A DNA stretch of 64,000 bases from Alkalispirochaeta sp. Lineage in GTDB: Bacteria > Spirochaetota > Spirochaetia > DSM-27196 > Alkalispirochaetaceae. The stretch lies in assembly GCA_965601925.1 (NCBI GenBank), contig OZ271854.1, positions 384,001 to 448,000 on the forward strand, read 5' to 3'. The notes under the pieces were generated by a model. It ran no database searches. It saw only the letters and a program-made list of their open reading frames with translations, and was not told the origin of the DNA. Positions 1 through 9,655 of this stretch are shown here, in pieces. The translations under genes and the position numbers were made by a program. Numbering within the stretch: the first letter of the stretch is position 1; each line of letters opens with the position of its first letter.

Positions 1-569
1 TTCGAAAGGCTGACACCGATCAGTTTCATCAACTCCGGGTTGACCCCCTGACTGATCACCATTTGTTGATTATCTCCCATTGCACCGAGCGTCAGCCCCA
101 TATCGGTATGGAAGAAGGCGTCGAGCAACACCTTGACGGTGAGGCTTACGACCACAAAGAATATCAACACCGACCACGGCTCCGCGATCGCCGGCGCGAG
201 GGTATCGACCACCAGACTGAGAATCGTGCGCTGCCGCAACAGCGGTAAGTTGGCACGATTTCCGAGGACTCTGATGTTGATCGACCAGAGCATCGTCATC
301 GTAAGGATACCGGCGAGAAGGTTGGGAACCTTGAGTTTGTTGTGGATTGTCGCGGTCACGGCGCCTGCGGCGAGCCCGCCGCCGAAGGCGAGGAGCAACG
401 CGAGGGCGAGCGGCACACCGTTGACGACGGATATCCCCATGATCGCGGCGCCGAGGGGAAAGGTTCCGTCGACGGACAGATCGGGGAAGTTGAGAATGCG
501 AAACGTGATAAAAACGCCGAGGGCCATGATGCCGTACAGGAGGCCCTCGACGAGAATTCCTTCAATCAC
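1..569 (-). CDS. ABC transporter permease, partner of the upstream ABC_sub_bind protein (3' end runs off the window)
   Basis: Hand translation from GTG at 569: VIEGILVEGLLYGIMALGVFITFRILNFPDLSVDGTFPLGAA...LLAGILTMTMLWSINIRVLG. The PDLSVDGTF motif is typical of this permease family. Absent from the ORF track because it is truncated. Confidence 0.9.
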   Translation of the reverse strand, partial: MIEGILVEGLLYGIMALGVFITFRILNFPDLSVDGTFPLGAAIMGISVVNGVPLALALLLAFGGGLAAGAVTATIHNKLKVPNLLAGILTMTMLWSINIRVLGNRANLPLLRQRTILSLVVDTLAPAIAEPWSVLIFFVVVSLTVKVLLDAFFHTDMGLTLGAMGDNQQMVISQGVNPELMKLIGVSLS

Positions 570-590
570 GGAGAGGACGTGCCGGCGAGC

Positions 591-1604
591 CTAACGAAGC
601 TCGCCGTTCTCGATGACCATCGAAGCGTCGGCCATGACGCTACCGGGAATCGCTATACCGAGCTCGCTCGCGACGTCGAGATTGACGAGCAGATTGAGAT
701 CCGACGGATCGGTGAGAAAGAGCGTCGGGATCTCCTCGGGGTCGGTGCCGTTCAGCACATCGGCGACCAATCGCCCGGTAGCGCGGCCGAACTTATAGTA
801 GTCGAATCCCAACGCGGCAAGCACCCCACCCGGCTCCGCCGAGGTCGTGTCGGCGCTGATAACGGGAACACCGGCTGAGGAAGCGACATCGACCAACGCG
901 GAGAGGGCGCTGACGACGGTATTGTCGTTACTGACGTAAATCGCGTCGACGCGGCCGACGATCGACTGCGTCGCGGCACGCACCTCGCTGGAGTTCACGA
1001 CGGTGGCCTCAACGAACGCGAGCCCCGCCTGTTCGGCGGCTTCGCGAGCCATGGCGGCAAGGGCGACCGCGTTGGCCTCCCCGCTCGCGTACACGTGTCC
1101 CACCGTCTCGACATCCACGAGTTGCGTCATCAACTCCAACTGAGCCGCCACGGGTGCCATGTCCGACGAGCCGGTGACGTTACCCTCTCCGGCCTCGAAA
1201 CTCGGTACGAGCCCGGCGCTCACGGGGTCCGAGACCGCAGCGTATACTACAGGTATATCGTCGATGGCATTTACGAGGGCTTGCGATGTCGGAGTTGCAA
1301 TACCGATAGCCAGACGCACGGAATCGTTTTCGAACTTCGTCGCAATGCTTGCCGCGGTCGAGATATCGCCGTTGGCGTTCTGTAGGTCGTATTCAAGGTT
1401 GGTAAAGCCGATCTCGGTGAGCTCGTCGATAATTCCCTGCTCGACCGCATCGAGGGCCGGGTGCGCCACGATCTTGGAGATGCCGATAACGTTACTATCG
1501 GGAGCTTCGATCTCTTCGGCGGAACCGCCGGCAAAGGCCGATCCGAGAGCAATCGTCATGAGTACGACGGCAACCGTCGGTATCATCTTACGTCGGTACT
1601 GCAT
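591..1604 (-). CDS. ABC transporter substrate-binding protein, ABC_sub_bind (TrpX-like, aromatic amino acid type)
   Basis: IVAHPALD, NANGD, IATPTSQA and NVTGSSD motifs plus a signal peptide. Start moved to MQYRRK, which has AGGAGG upstream. Confidence 0.88.
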   Translation of the reverse strand: MQYRRKMIPTVAVVLMTIALGSAFAGGSAEEIEAPDSNVIGISKIVAHPALDAVEQGIIDELTEIGFTNLEYDLQNANGDISTAASIATKFENDSVRLAIGIATPTSQALVNAIDDIPVVYAAVSDPVSAGLVPSFEAGEGNVTGSSDMAPVAAQLELMTQLVDVETVGHVYASGEANAVALAAMAREAAEQAGLAFVEATVVNSSEVRAATQSIVGRVDAIYVSNDNTVVSALSALVDVASSAGVPVISADTTSAEPGGVLAALGFDYYKFGRATGRLVADVLNGTDPEEIPTLFLTDPSDLNLLVNLDVASELGIAIPGSVMADASMVIENGELR

Positions 1605-1773
1605 ATTCTTACACCCTCCTTGTAGGCGCGTCAGAGTACTGCAAAGGGAGGGATCTGTCCATCGCGGGGGTGGTTCGGTACGAAGTCGTGGCGGAGCGCC
1701 CGATACGAGAAGACGCGGCGTCCGCAACGCACGGGGGAGAGACGCACGCCGGCGGCCTCTCCACGCCTACGAT

Positions 1774-1807
1774 CCGTCGATCCATCGCGAGTACGACGGA
1801 TCGACGG
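1774..1807 (-). terminator. 14-bp hairpin downstream of the beta-propeller gene, possible terminator or stabilising stem
   Basis: CCGTCGATCCATCG-N6-CGACGGATCGACGG, with one G-U pair on the minus-strand RNA. No U-tract follows. Confidence 0.45.
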
Positions 1808-1820
1808 GGAGCGATACGGC

Positions 1821-3155
1821 CTACGGCACGAGGGCTACCGTGTGTGCGCCGCGGGGCACAAAGATGCGGTAGTCGGTCGCTTCCAAGGCGACGTTGGACT
1901 CTCCATCGCGGACCAAGCGCCAGAAATCGACCCGACCGACCCCGGCATCATCACCAAACTGGTCGAACACGGCCACCGCGACGTAGTTTCCCGTCGTATC
2001 GAAGACGATACCCTCCGGCAAGACGCCGTCGATCTCATAGTCCGATAGCCACGCGAGACGTCCCCGCTCGGCGTCGAACGTCATGAGCGACAACGATGCG
2101 GCCGACGGATTTTCCGGCAGATGGCTGCGCTCCAAGTTCACGGTAACGACGAGGTCGCCTCCGGGACTGATCGCCAGACCCTCGGGATTCGCCGGAACGG
2201 CCGGCCCGGGCACGACCCGGTGAAACACACCGTCGGCTCCGTCGAGATCGGGCCGAACGATGGAGAGAGAACCGGCGCTGTTATTGAAGTCCGTGATGCC
2301 GAGCGCGAGATTCCAGTTCATGTCGGCGGTGATGAATGCGGAGCCGTCGCGGGACCACAGGGCGGTGAAGGGAAACAGTCCGACCGGTGTCGGTTCACCG
2401 ACGGGACGAACGACGAACGTCCCATCGGCCTGGGCGGCGAGGGAATAGAATGCGACCAGATTCAGCGGCCCGACGACTACGCCGAGCGTAGTATCGTCAC
2501 GCCACTCAACGGTGTTCGGAAAGGCGAAATCGTTTTCGATACCTAAGGAAAATCGTTGCGGCTCACCCACGTCGACACCGTCGACGGGAAGGAGGATGAG
2601 CTGTGCGTCGGGCGCCCAGTTGGTAATGGCGAGTGTGTCGCCCGCGCCGTTTATGTCGATGTAGTGACCGGCAAATCCCCCGAGATCGACAACCTCGACG
2701 AGCTCCGGTCGCCGCGGGTCGGAGAGATCGATAATACTCATACGCGTAGAGAATGCGAGGTCCTCCTCGAACGTCACGTCCCCGGCCTCGCGGGGCTCGC
2801 GGATCTCCAGCACATAGGCAACCGTACCGTCGGGAGAAAGCGCCATAGTCGGCGGCGCCCACACCGAGTTACTTACCGGCAGCGTCGCGGTGAACGGCGA
2901 GCGTCCCAACCCGAGGACGGTAAGCGTGTCGCGTTCTTCGATAGGCTCGCCGATACGATCATCGACATACGCGCTGGCCAACGTGTCGGTGTCCGACAAC
3001 ACCACGAGGTAGCGCCCTCCGAAATCCGGCGGAACGCCGAGCGTACCACCGACTTCCGGCGACGCATTCCCTCCGGGCTCACGTTCCGGCGTGACACAGC
3101 TCGTAAGAAATACCAACAGCAGCGCAACCGCGCCTGCGGAACCAAACGTTTTCAT
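1821..3155 (-). CDS. Lactonase-like beta-propeller lipoprotein
   Basis: Lipobox-like LVFLTSC. Repeated blade motifs ALSPDG, LWSRDG, PEGLAISPGG and PEGIVFDTTG. AGGAGG upstream. Confidence 0.75.
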   Translation of the reverse strand: MKTFGSAGAVALLLVFLTSCVTPEREPGGNASPEVGGTLGVPPDFGGRYLVVLSDTDTLASAYVDDRIGEPIEERDTLTVLGLGRSPFTATLPVSNSVWAPPTMALSPDGTVAYVLEIREPREAGDVTFEEDLAFSTRMSIIDLSDPRRPELVEVVDLGGFAGHYIDINGAGDTLAITNWAPDAQLILLPVDGVDVGEPQRFSLGIENDFAFPNTVEWRDDTTLGVVVGPLNLVAFYSLAAQADGTFVVRPVGEPTPVGLFPFTALWSRDGSAFITADMNWNLALGITDFNNSAGSLSIVRPDLDGADGVFHRVVPGPAVPANPEGLAISPGGDLVVTVNLERSHLPENPSAASLSLMTFDAERGRLAWLSDYEIDGVLPEGIVFDTTGNYVAVAVFDQFGDDAGVGRVDFWRLVRDGESNVALEATDYRIFVPRGAHTVALVP

Positions 3156-3340
3156 GAAGACCTCCTAAAACATCGCCGTGGTCGGCGTAGCTTCAAGAAA
3201 CCCACATCATCGCCGCCGGACCATGCGTATTTCTCAGGGTTACCGGCCAATTTCAAAGAGCGGAGCGGGGTGAGGGCGCCGCGTCTGCGAAACGGCCGCG
3301 CGGCTGCGATGTACGGTACGGTACCGCCGATCGGATGTGT

Positions 3341-3802
3341 CTACCGGTTGGGATCGTACCGTCTCATACGTCTCTCCAACTCGGCCGCCGGAACGTCTTC
3401 CATGTGCGTCGCGATCGTCCATCGATAGTGAAAGGGATCTTCCACGATACCGTGTATGTCGCCGAAAAACTGTTCTTGCACGGCCATGATCGAGGTCGCG
3501 CCGGCGGCAACCGCTCGATTGAATGCGACCACCGCGTCCTCGACGTACAAGTGGACGGCGGCCGGCGATCGTCCGAGCGTTTCCGCACTTACGAATCCTT
3601 CGTCCGGAAACTCGTCCGCCAACATGATCTTGCCGTTCCCGATCGTGATATGCGTATGCATGACCACTCCCCCCGCCTGCATGCGGTACCCTTCGATCGC
3701 CCCGAAGGCGCGGCCGTAGAACTCGACGGCCGCGGGAACGCTTTTCACGATTAAGTACGGCGTAATGGAACCGAATCCGTCCGGTATTGCATGTGTCTTC
3801 AT
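3341..3802 (-). CDS. VOC/glyoxalase family protein (PhnB-like)
   Basis: ITPYLIV...AVEFYGRAFGA, IMLADEFP and QFFGDIHGIVEDPFHYRWTIAT motifs. Confidence 0.9.
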   Translation of the reverse strand: MKTHAIPDGFGSITPYLIVKSVPAAVEFYGRAFGAIEGYRMQAGGVVMHTHITIGNGKIMLADEFPDEGFVSAETLGRSPAAVHLYVEDAVVAFNRAVAAGATSIMAVQEQFFGDIHGIVEDPFHYRWTIATHMEDVPAAELERRMRRYDPNR

Positions 3803-3828
3803 GGTGTAGCGAAGGTATCAGGCCCCCT

Positions 3829-4659
3829 TCACGGTGTATTGGAAATTTTTTGAAACGGTCCGGGCAGGTGATAAGGATCGTAACTCGCCGTAAGACGATA
3901 CTGTGTCGGCGTTACGCCGGAGAAATCCATGAAATCGTTGTGAAAATGCGCTTGGTCGTAGTACCCGCTCTCAAGTGCTATCTCGACGAGGCTGCGCGAC
4001 GAACGACTCAATGCGCGCACCGACCGCTCGAACCGTCGCACGCGAAGAAACTGCTTCGGCGTAAATCCCAACCGGTCTGAGGATGAGCGGTGGAGCTTGT
4101 AGTAACTGAAGTGAAGCGACTCCATGAGATCGCCGATCGACCGACCCGCCGAATCGGCGGCTGTCAAACACTGCGCGATCGTGTCCATGTGGGACAATCG
4201 ATTTCGGAAGAGCGCAACGAGCGTGTCTACCGCGTGCCGAATCGCAAACGGCGGATACAAATCGTCGGGGGCGCCGCGTACATCCACCACGTCGGCGAGA
4301 CCGATAAATCTGTTTTTGAGATGAGACGCGGGAACTCCCGTGAGCGCGAAGAGGGCTCCGGGTTTGAGATGGGCACCGACAATCCGCTCGTGCGGTTCGT
4401 GATAGATCGCGAACGGCCGATCCCGCGGTGCAACGACCAGCGCACCGCGGTACTCCACGGCTTCGCCGTCTGCTCCGCGAATACGCACCGCGCCGGACGT
4501 TCGATTGACGATGATTTCCGCCGATACCGAGGGCAGAATCCGCTCCGGCGCAGGAGACGGCGCGCCATCGAAATCGAGCGTCCAAAACGTCTCGACGAAA
4601 TCGCGCACATGGTCCGGTGGTTTTATGAGGACGAGGTTCGGTGACGCCGCGTTACCCAT
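3829..4659 (-). CDS. AraC family transcriptional regulator
   Basis: C-terminal AraC HTH LGFTPKQFLRVRRF...IALESGYYDQAHFHNDFMDFSGVTP. N-terminal ERILP domain of the type often paired with VOC genes. Confidence 0.9.
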   Translation of the reverse strand: MGNAASPNLVLIKPPDHVRDFVETFWTLDFDGAPSPAPERILPSVSAEIIVNRTSGAVRIRGADGEAVEYRGALVVAPRDRPFAIYHEPHERIVGAHLKPGALFALTGVPASHLKNRFIGLADVVDVRGAPDDLYPPFAIRHAVDTLVALFRNRLSHMDTIAQCLTAADSAGRSIGDLMESLHFSYYKLHRSSSDRLGFTPKQFLRVRRFERSVRALSRSSRSLVEIALESGYYDQAHFHNDFMDFSGVTPTQYRLTASYDPYHLPGPFQKISNTP

Positions 4660-4695
4660 CCGCTACCCCGTCGACGCTCCGGCCGGTGCGAGACA

Positions 4696-4926
4696 TCATT
4701 CCTCCGAAACTGCCGCCACGATGCGTCGTATAATCGGCGCTACGATCACCGCCGTCGGTATACTGACCACGAGACTCACGAGAAACGCGTGCATCCAGCG
4801 GCCCCAGAATCCCGAGTCGAAAAACTCGGTGTTGATCCCGGTGAGCGTAAAGCTCATCAGCAGCGCCATCGTCGAGCCCATGAGAGCGCTGAACAACGCT
4901 CCCCGATATCGTTTCGGTATTTTCAC
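4696..4926 (-). CDS. Small membrane protein, DUF2798-like
   Basis: 76 aa from GTG with AAGGAG upstream. Pattern LFSALMGSTMALLMS...FWGRWMHAFLVSLVVSIPT...VAPIIRRIV. Confidence 0.75.
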   Translation of the reverse strand: MKIPKRYRGALFSALMGSTMALLMSFTLTGINTEFFDSGFWGRWMHAFLVSLVVSIPTAVIVAPIIRRIVAAVSEE

Positions 4927-5038
4927 GCATTCATCTCCTTGATGCGAACGGTATTGTATTACATCGAAGAGTTGCGGGATATGCCAGGTACATATCGCAG
5001 GAAACCTTGTCGATTTCAACGGCGGCGGTCGGCCGGCG

Positions 5039-5956
5039 CTACGCGTCGCGAAACCGTCGCCTGAATGCCGAAGGACTCAATCCGGTCCTATGTTTGAAAA
5101 AGCGCGAAAAATGCGCCGCATCGGAGAACCCCAAACGAAAGGCGACGCGCTGAATCGGTGCGTGCGAGCGCGCCAGCTGCGCCTGCGCCTCGGTGATCGT
5201 CTTTTCCGCGATCCACACTTTGACCGATTTACCCGTTTTGCGCTTGATCACGGTGCTGAAATAGTTCGGGTGGAGATACTGCGCGGCGGCATAATCCTGA
5301 ACCTGATACAAATCGGTTGCCGTCTCGGTCGCCAGGGCGCGGTAATGCGCCTCGAGCTGTTGCTTAAAGGCCCGTACGATGCGCGTCTCGCCGTCCGATT
5401 CGGTGAGCGGGTCATAGTTCGCCCAAAATCGTTCCTTGATTTTGACGAGCAGTATCGTCATGAGACTGCCGAGGATGGTCAGGCGGTGCCGTGAGGCGCT
5501 CTCGAACTCATCGTACATACGAGAGCCCAACTCGTCGAAGACACGAAGCGTTTCACCGGCGACCGAATGCGGCGGGACGACCTCCGCTATCAAAAACGCG
5601 CACTCGTCCAGGATCGTCTCTTGGACGTAGCGCTTCAAAAAGGCCTCGGAGAACGCAATGACGAAGCCCGACACTAGATCGTAGGTACCGTATCCCTTGA
5701 TGTGGCCGGGGTTGGAAAAAAAGAGCGCCCCGGGGCGAATAGGGTACCGATTACTATCGATGACGTAGAATCCGTTCCCCTCTCGTACGAGGACGATCGA
5801 ATAGTAGTTGACGCGAAACAACGGCGACGTGTACGGCCAAGCGGGCTGCAGTTGCTCGAGACGATGTATCGCGAAGTCGCCGCCTCCCCGGATGGGTGCG
5901 CCTATAGCGTCATAGTGCTCGGCCAAGGAGTCGTGTATGAGAAAGTCCTGTTGCAT
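5039..5956 (-). CDS. AraC family transcriptional regulator
   Basis: Cupin-like N-terminus and HTH LHPNYFSTVIKRKTGKS...VAFRLGFSDAAHFSRFFKHRTGLSP. Start at MQQDF is inferred. Confidence 0.9.
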   Translation of the reverse strand: MQQDFLIHDSLAEHYDAIGAPIRGGGDFAIHRLEQLQPAWPYTSPLFRVNYYSIVLVREGNGFYVIDSNRYPIRPGALFFSNPGHIKGYGTYDLVSGFVIAFSEAFLKRYVQETILDECAFLIAEVVPPHSVAGETLRVFDELGSRMYDEFESASRHRLTILGSLMTILLVKIKERFWANYDPLTESDGETRIVRAFKQQLEAHYRALATETATDLYQVQDYAAAQYLHPNYFSTVIKRKTGKSVKVWIAEKTITEAQAQLARSHAPIQRVAFRLGFSDAAHFSRFFKHRTGLSPSAFRRRFRDA

Positions 5957-5976
5957 GGAGGTGCCGATTGACGACT

Positions 5977-6123
5977 TCACAACCGAGGAACGGCGGGGAA
6001 ACGGTGCAAGGGTCGCAGCCATCCCGGCATCACACAACGCATATCCGAGACCGCCGTCAACAGGCCACATCGAATATCGACGTTCACCTCCCCGATATGA
6101 AGGACGCGATCGTTATCGGTCAT
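5977..6123 (-). pseudogene. Possible PfkB-family carbohydrate kinase remnant, or a 48-aa small ORF
   Basis: Strong GGAGG SD, then MTDNDRVLHIGEVNVDI, which resembles the PfkB first strand motif. Similarity is lost after about 18 codons. Confidence 0.45.
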
Positions 6124-6297
6124 ATTCCTCCCTCGCCTAGGGCGACCCGAACACAGTGTGCATCTCATTCTCACCATCGGGAGATAGCCCGACGGTGCAC
6201 CGGACGTCGATCCGTTGAACGCGTCTACGTTCGCCGGGCGACGTACAATGAAGACGCTTCAACACACCACGCAATAGGTAAAGTATCGTCTTTGGAC

Positions 6298-6330
6298 AAA
6301 AAAGTCCGCCCCGGAGTATCCGAGGCGGAC
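6298..6330 (-). terminator. Rho-independent terminator of the glycine betaine transport operon
   Basis: Minus strand GTCCGCCTCGGA-TAC-TCCGGGGCGGAC followed by TTTTTT. Confidence 0.85.
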
Positions 6331-6377
6331 CGTTCTACCGTCGAAGCGCCCGCTATCAAGAGTGGGCGCTTCTTCGA

Positions 6378-7280
6378 CTACTCAATCGATACGCCGGCGG
6401 GGAGGGCCGCGTTTACCGCCGCCAGATTTTCATCGACGAACAATCGCGCCGACTCGAAGTAGTCCATTCCCTCCGCTTCGTTGTTCACCATCACGGAACC
6501 GAAATCGAGAGACTGCCAATCGGTTTGTGCGAGAAAGGCGTACACCTCGGGCATATCTTCCTCGAGACCGACACGCGCCATGGTATGGATATTCTCGGAC
6601 GCTCCGAAAATTCCGTCGGGATCATCGAGCAACTTCAGGTCCCAACGGCCGAACGCCCAATGGGGCGCCCACAGTGTGACGACGATCGGCGTCTCGTTCT
6701 GGTAGGCGTCGTCCAGGGCGGCCAGCATCGTGGCGCCGCTTCCCTCCAAGAGGGTAAACTCGCCGAGGCCGCTTAAATTGTCGGCGATTGCGCCTTCGGT
6801 CTGCTGCATCATACCGGCTCCGGGATCGATACCGGTAATCTCGAAGTCGACGAGTTCGCCGGCGGCCGCCAACTCCGGAATACTATCGACCGGTACGTAG
6901 GTAGGCACGATCAAACCGAGGGCGGCGCCGGTGAAGTTGGGACCCAGATCGACGATCCGGTCGGTGTACTCTCCCTCGTCACCGAAGAAGGAGCCGTGCG
7001 TCACCGGCAGCCACGCGGTCAGTTGCGCATCGACATCGCCCTCGGCGAGGGCGGCCCACATGGCGGCGTTGGAAACCGGGGTCGCTTCGACCTCGTATCC
7101 CATGCGAGTCATAATTTCCGCCGCAACGTGGGTAATCGCGACGCCGCGGGCCCATCCGTCGACGTATGCAAGCTCAACGGATCGCGCCTCCCCCGTCTCC
7201 GTTTGTCCGGACGCAAAGGAAAACGCGGGGGCCACGGTGAGCAATACGAGGCCGACGATAAATCTTTTGAATGTAACCAT
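6378..7280 (-). CDS. opuAC: Glycine betaine ABC transporter substrate-binding protein
   Basis: AWLPVTH, GIDPGAG and LWAPHWAFGRWDLKLLDDP (Trp prism of OpuAC). Confidence 0.92.
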   Translation of the reverse strand: MVTFKRFIVGLVLLTVAPAFSFASGQTETGEARSVELAYVDGWARGVAITHVAAEIMTRMGYEVEATPVSNAAMWAALAEGDVDAQLTAWLPVTHGSFFGDEGEYTDRIVDLGPNFTGAALGLIVPTYVPVDSIPELAAAGELVDFEITGIDPGAGMMQQTEGAIADNLSGLGEFTLLEGSGATMLAALDDAYQNETPIVVTLWAPHWAFGRWDLKLLDDPDGIFGASENIHTMARVGLEEDMPEVYAFLAQTDWQSLDFGSVMVNNEAEGMDYFESARLFVDENLAAVNAALPAGVSIE

Positions 7281-7363
7281 GATACTCCTCCTTACAGAGT
7301 TTCATAACCACCCGAGCCAACCCCGGGCGGTATCGGTGCGTAATTGATATGAACGACCGACGT

Positions 7364-8200
7364 CTACCGCCGGCCGTTTTTTGTAATGCTTTGGGTGATG
7401 CGGTCGAGCACCATTGCGACGATCACCACGGCGATACCCGCCTCGAACCCTCGTCCCGGTTGGAGGCGCTGGATGGCGCGCCACACCTCGCCGCCGAGTC
7501 CGCCGGCGCCGATCATCGCGGAGATTACCACCATCGATAGGGCAAGCATAATCGTCTGGTTGACGCCCGCCATAATCGTCGGCATTGCCAACGGCATCTG
7601 CACCTTAAAGAGCTTTTGCCGCGTCGTGGTACCGAAGGCGTCTGACGCTTCGATCAACTCGCGGTCGATCTGCCGTATACCCAGAGAGGTGAGGCGGATC
7701 GACGGCGGTACCGAAAAGATAACCGTCGCAAAGACCGCCGAGACGGGCCCCAATCCGAAGAATGGGATCGCCGGGATGAGGTACACGAAGGCCGGCATCG
7801 TCTGCATGAAGTCCAAAATCGGCTTCACGGCGACGTAGAACCGGTCGTTCAGCCCCGCGGCAATTCCCAGGGGAAGACCGACAATGACGGCAAGGATCGT
7901 CGAGATGAGCACCAAAGCGATCGTAGATACGGTTGCGTCCCACAGTTCGAGGTTCCAGACGAACAGCAGCCCGACAAGGCCGAAGATCGCCACACCGCGT
8001 CCGGCGATACGCCACGCGATCGCCGCGACGATGAGAATCAGCAGCCACGGCGGCGGCACCAACAGGACATCGACGAGGCCGTCGATACCCGCCTCAACGA
8101 CGGCAGATATCCCGCGGGTCAACCACGAGAGCGCTTCGGTCAATACGTCGAGGAGCGCCTCGACCCCTTCGCCGAGCGGTATCTTGGGTATGCTACGCAT
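7364..8200 (-). CDS. opuAB: Glycine betaine ABC transporter permease
   Basis: PILDFMQTMPAFVYLIP and AGVNQTIMLALSMVVISAMIGAGGLG (ProW/OpuAB). Confidence 0.93.
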   Translation of the reverse strand: MRSIPKIPLGEGVEALLDVLTEALSWLTRGISAVVEAGIDGLVDVLLVPPPWLLILIVAAIAWRIAGRGVAIFGLVGLLFVWNLELWDATVSTIALVLISTILAVIVGLPLGIAAGLNDRFYVAVKPILDFMQTMPAFVYLIPAIPFFGLGPVSAVFATVIFSVPPSIRLTSLGIRQIDRELIEASDAFGTTTRQKLFKVQMPLAMPTIMAGVNQTIMLALSMVVISAMIGAGGLGGEVWRAIQRLQPGRGFEAGIAVVIVAMVLDRITQSITKNGRR

Positions 8201-9404
8201 CGTTACCCCCTTGCTCGGCGAGAGCCGCCAGGATGGCGCCGCGCACGATCACGCCCTTCAAAAGACCTTTGTCGTCTACGACCGCGACCGGATTCTTGCT
8301 TTCGGCTACGAGAGGGAAAATCTCCCGAATAGGCTCGTCCGGAGGAACGGTGGCAATCTCGGCGAGATCGGCAACGTGGTCGAGCCACTTTTCCTCTCTC
8401 TTGAGCGCATCGGAGGCGCGCTCCGCGGACACGTGGCCCACGAGTTCGTAGTTCTGCCGGACGACGAAGATTCCCGACAGCCCCGCCTCGCGCATGGTGT
8501 GCAGCGCGGTACGCGGCCCATCCTTTACAAAGGCGACGGGTCGCGGCTTTTTCATGACGTCCCTCGCGGTAAGTACCTTCGTGATGTCGACGTTCTCGAC
8601 AAACCGCTCGACGTAGGTGTCGGCGGGCGAGGAGAGAATCTCCTCTGGCGTACCGATCTGTACGACATTGCCGTCCTTCATCAAGACGATCCGATCGCCC
8701 ATCTTGAGCGCTTCGTCGAGGTCGTGGGTGATAAAGACGATCGTCTTCTTTACCTCGCTCTCAAGGGCCAACAACTCGTCCTGCATGTCGGTGCGTATCA
8801 ACGGATCGAGGGCGCTGAACGCTTCGTCCATCAACAGCACGTCGGGCTCGATTGCCAGTGCACGGGCGAGGCCGACGCGTTGTTTCATGCCGCCCGAGAG
8901 ACTTTCGGGGTAGTAGTCCTCCCACCCGGCGAGGCCAACCTGTGAAAGTGCGGCCAACGCTTTCTCGGCGCGTACGGCCGGCGATACTCCCTGAACCTCC
9001 AAGCCGAACTCGGCGTTCTGACGAACCGTTCGATGGGGCATCAACGCGAAGCTCTGAAACACCATCCCGAACTTGTGACGTCTGAGCTCCCTCAAACGCT
9101 CCTCGTCCATCGCGGTAACCTCTTCGTCGTCGACGAAGATCTGACCGAACGTCGGCTCGTGAATCCGATTGATGCACCTGAGGAGCGTCGACTTTCCGCT
9201 CCCGGAGAGTCCCATGACGACCAACGTTTCTCCCTCGTAGATATCGAAGGTCGCGTCGGAGACGCCCACGGCACATCCCGTTTTGGCGAGTATCTCCTCT
9301 TTCGTGCGTCCCTCCTCGATCATGGCACGCGCGCGTTCGGGGTGACGACCGAAGATCTTGTAGAGTCCCTTGATTCTGATTTTTACGTTTCTATGTTCTT
9401 GCAT
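8193..9404 (-). CDS. opuAA: Glycine betaine ABC transporter ATP-binding protein with CBS pair
   Basis: GLSGSGKST, LSGGMKQRVGLARAL, MDEAFSALDPLIR and C-terminal CBS domains. Confidence 0.93.
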   Translation of the reverse strand: MQEHRNVKIRIKGLYKIFGRHPERARAMIEEGRTKEEILAKTGCAVGVSDATFDIYEGETLVVMGLSGSGKSTLLRCINRIHEPTFGQIFVDDEEVTAMDEERLRELRRHKFGMVFQSFALMPHRTVRQNAEFGLEVQGVSPAVRAEKALAALSQVGLAGWEDYYPESLSGGMKQRVGLARALAIEPDVLLMDEAFSALDPLIRTDMQDELLALESEVKKTIVFITHDLDEALKMGDRIVLMKDGNVVQIGTPEEILSSPADTYVERFVENVDITKVLTARDVMKKPRPVAFVKDGPRTALHTMREAGLSGIFVVRQNYELVGHVSAERASDALKREEKWLDHVADLAEIATVPPDEPIREIFPLVAESKNPVAVVDDKGLLKGVIVRGAILAALAEQGGNDA

Positions 9405-9655
9405 GTAATGAATCTGCGCAGGTTTCGAGCCGATTATTCTTTATAATACGAAAAGAATCAGCCAAAAACAGGGGCTTTTTTTGAAGCGGTCTAAACTTAA
9501 CAAATGATGGCGCCTTCAGTAAACCCTTATGAAATAATAATTAGTATTTCGTTCGGACAGATCGAGACGTGTTTTTTAATTCGATGTAAAACATTTCGTC
9601 TCGTGTATGATTCCATGAATTGTATCGTCGCGGCGTGATGTGGTAAGAATCGTAC

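Noticed and set aside
1660..1700. GGTGGTTCGG resembling a T-box antiterminator
   Set aside because: It is on the wrong strand for the ABC operon and there are no Stem I motifs.
9405..9600. c-di-AMP (ydaO) riboswitch upstream of opuA
   Set aside because: The conserved ydaO motifs are not recognisable on the minus strand.
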